Origin: a virus
Lineage: Duplodnaviria; Caudoviricetes
Virus record (IMG/VR): IMGVR_UViG_2773858042_000003
Coordinates: 1 to 64,000 of that record
Strand: one strand, 5' to 3'
Length of the DNA stretch: 64,000 bases
Under the pieces are notes generated by a model. It did not search any database. It was not told where the DNA came from and saw nothing but the letters and a program-made list of their open reading frames with translations. The translations under genes were made by a program, and so were the position numbers. Shown here in pieces: positions 62,406-64,000 of this stretch. The stretch's first letter is position 1; every line of letters starts with the position of its first letter.

Positions 62406-62514
62406 GGGGGAAGTTCCTTGTCATCTTGCGGCCTTTCCGGGGTCCGCACCGCCTTTCGGGCGGGGATAGGGAAGGGTGGGCCGATCTGTCAGGACCGGCC
62501 CGGTTCAGGCTGGC

Positions 62515-63459
62515 TTACAGATCCTTGACCTCAATGCCCGCCACCGCCTCGTCCCAGCCACGGACGGCGCCGTGTTCGGTTTCGTAATAGGCGTAGGGAC
62601 GCATCGACTTGTCGCCGCGAGGGGAAATGGTCGCGGTGTGGATCTCGCGCGCCTTGTATTTCATCGCCTGGTCCAGCCAGACCGGCAGGATGAAGACGCC
62701 GGCCGCGCCCGCCTTGGGGTTCACGTCTTCGTCCAGGACAAACTCGAAGCCCAGGAAGTTGCTGATTTCCCCGCTCTCCAGGCGGCGCACCATCTGGTAG
62801 TCGCCGCTCGTGACCGGAATGGTGGTCAGCAGTTGGCTGATATCCTCGGTGCGCACGGCGATCTTCAGCTTGGCCCCAGGCAGGACGCCCGCCGCCCGCG
62901 TCTTGCGAATAATGGCGCGCGCGGTCAGCAGCTTGCCCAGCGTCAGCGGCAGGTCGTTGCCGGCGGCGGGCAGGGTGGTGCCTTCCGTGGCGTGCAGATA
63001 CTTGCGCGACTGGACGCCGACGATCTTGCCGGCGGGGAAGTTCAGCGTGTTCTCGCCGCTCTCGCCGATGCGCACGGGCGCGAAGAAGCTGTCGCGGATC
63101 TTCTTGTCCATATAGCGCATCTTGCCCGCGCGCATGGAGGCCATGACCTCGTTGGTCGGATCCTGAAGCTGGTGAACCTTCTGGATGCTCTCGATGAACT
63201 TGCCGTCGTGGAAGCTCTCGAACGCGCCAACGCGGCGCGTCATGTCCAGCAGGCCCTCGGGGCTGTCGGGAACGACGGTGTCGACCTTCTTGGGGTCCGA
63301 CGTGCCGATGGTGTCGATGTTGAACAGCTTGCCCGGCTCGGAATAGCTCAGGTCGGCATCGACGTGGGGCAGATACACGCTCTCGCGGACCTGCGGGGCC
63401 ATGTTGAGGTTCGCGCGGAACCCGTCAACGTCGGCCTGGGTGATTTGTGAATAGTCCAT
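62515..63459 (-). CDS. Major capsid protein (podovirus, BPP-1/T7-related)
   Basis: QLQDPT, I...FF, SGEI..FLGFEF, GAVR.....V; GGAGG RBS. Confidence 0.85.
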   Translation of the reverse strand: MDYSQITQADVDGFRANLNMAPQVRESVYLPHVDADLSYSEPGKLFNIDTIGTSDPKKVDTVVPDSPEGLLDMTRRVGAFESFHDGKFIESIQKVHQLQDPTNEVMASMRAGKMRYMDKKIRDSFFAPVRIGESGENTLNFPAGKIVGVQSRKYLHATEGTTLPAAGNDLPLTLGKLLTARAIIRKTRAAGVLPGAKLKIAVRTEDISQLLTTIPVTSGDYQMVRRLESGEISNFLGFEFVLDEDVNPKAGAAGVFILPVWLDQAMKYKAREIHTATISPRGDKSMRPYAYYETEHGAVRGWDEAVAGIEVKDL

Positions 63460-63685
63460 GGGCGCACGCCCTCCTGCATTCGATCAAGTGTTGGGTTTGA
63501 TCGGCTGCAGTCTCGGCCGGATGGCCGTGCGTGCCTGGCGGTGACGCCCGCCTTCCCAGTCCAACCTGGGGCGCTTCCCTCTGGTCCGGCGCTTTCGCGG
63601 TCTCCGGGGAGGAAAGAGGGAATGCTTGCGGCGCATCCCCGAGCCGTTACGTTCTGACTGTCGTGATTTGCACCGAAGGTCAAGT
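63460..63685 (-). ncRNA. Candidate structured leader RNA upstream of the capsid gene
   Basis: Several helices in about 160 nt, including a GAAA-capped nested stem. Confidence 0.4.
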
Positions 63686-64000
63686 ATGAACCCGCCCAGC
63701 CCCCGACGCTCCACTCCTGCTCTCCAGAGCTTGCCCCCACAGATCTACGCGGGCATCGGGGAGGTGATCTTCCGCTTCACCGTCCTGGAAGGGCAGTTGC
63801 GTGATCTCGTATATATACTCGCGGGACTGGACCGGCAGATCGGACGGCTTGTCGTTCGCGACACCAATGTTCCCGAACTCTGGAAGCTTTCCAAGGAACT
63901 GATGAACATCCGGCAGATCAAGATCGCCGCCGTCGACAGGATCGACCATAAAGACCTGATTTCCGTGACCGCGTTCCGAAACAGAATGGCGCACTCGAAA
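63686..64000 (+). CDS. Partial HEPN-like protein (RX4H), antisense to head genes
   Basis: 105 open codons to the window edge: AGIGEVIFRFTVLEGQL...FRNRMAH. Absent from the ORF track because it has no stop in the window. Confidence 0.6.
   Translation, partial: MNPPSPRRSTPALQSLPPQIYAGIGEVIFRFTVLEGQLRDLVYILAGLDRQIGRLVVRDTNVPELWKLSKELMNIRQIKIAAVDRIDHKDLISVTAFRNRMAHSK

Larger units (their letters stand above)
43700..64000. mobile_element. Prophage 2, podovirus-type (P22/T7/BPP-1-like virion module), truncated by the window
   Basis: Lysis cassette, T7-like tail-fibre N-domain, ejection proteins, GNAT, tubular tail A/B, cement, capsid on the minus strand. Confidence 0.88.

Noticed and set aside
63680-63994. 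Minus-strand 104-aa ORF in the track
   Set aside because: Likely the shadow of the plus-strand RX4H frame, which has better protein-like features.

Overview
High-GC alphaproteobacterial DNA (gene style suggests Caulobacteraceae; inference). The window is almost entirely mobile DNA arranged around one tRNA-Lys(UUU) gene at 41901-41977. (1) About 0.4-41.9 kb is an essentially complete lambdoid siphoprophage. It has an HK97-type head, a GTA-like tail, lysis genes, virion carbohydrate enzymes, a replication module, a cro/cI switch with visible operators, a mosaic early operon and a tyrosine integrase that ends 19 nt before the tRNA. (2) A 1678-bp IS1595-family transposon with 22-bp inverted repeats, an 8-bp target duplication and passenger ORFs sits between the tRNA CCA and its terminator. 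(3) From about 43.7 kb to the window end is the lysis-to-capsid half of a second, podovirus-type prophage. The most notable signals are: a four-copy promoter-like motif placed for leaderless translation in prophage 2; a 99-codon in-frame SH3-like/Met-rich insert in the Clp-type prohead protease; two HEPN-like (RX4H) accessory genes, one per prophage; exact junction repeats that suggest module shuffling in the early operon; a nested antisense gene pair next to cro; a polyvalent SLT+ParB-like ejection protein; a Gp49/66-family protein with a lipoprotein-like leader in the lysis cassette; and a densely structured capsid-gene leader. Three genes are split by single-base frameshifts, which may be sequencing errors. 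All family assignments come from motif recognition by eye; no database search was run.
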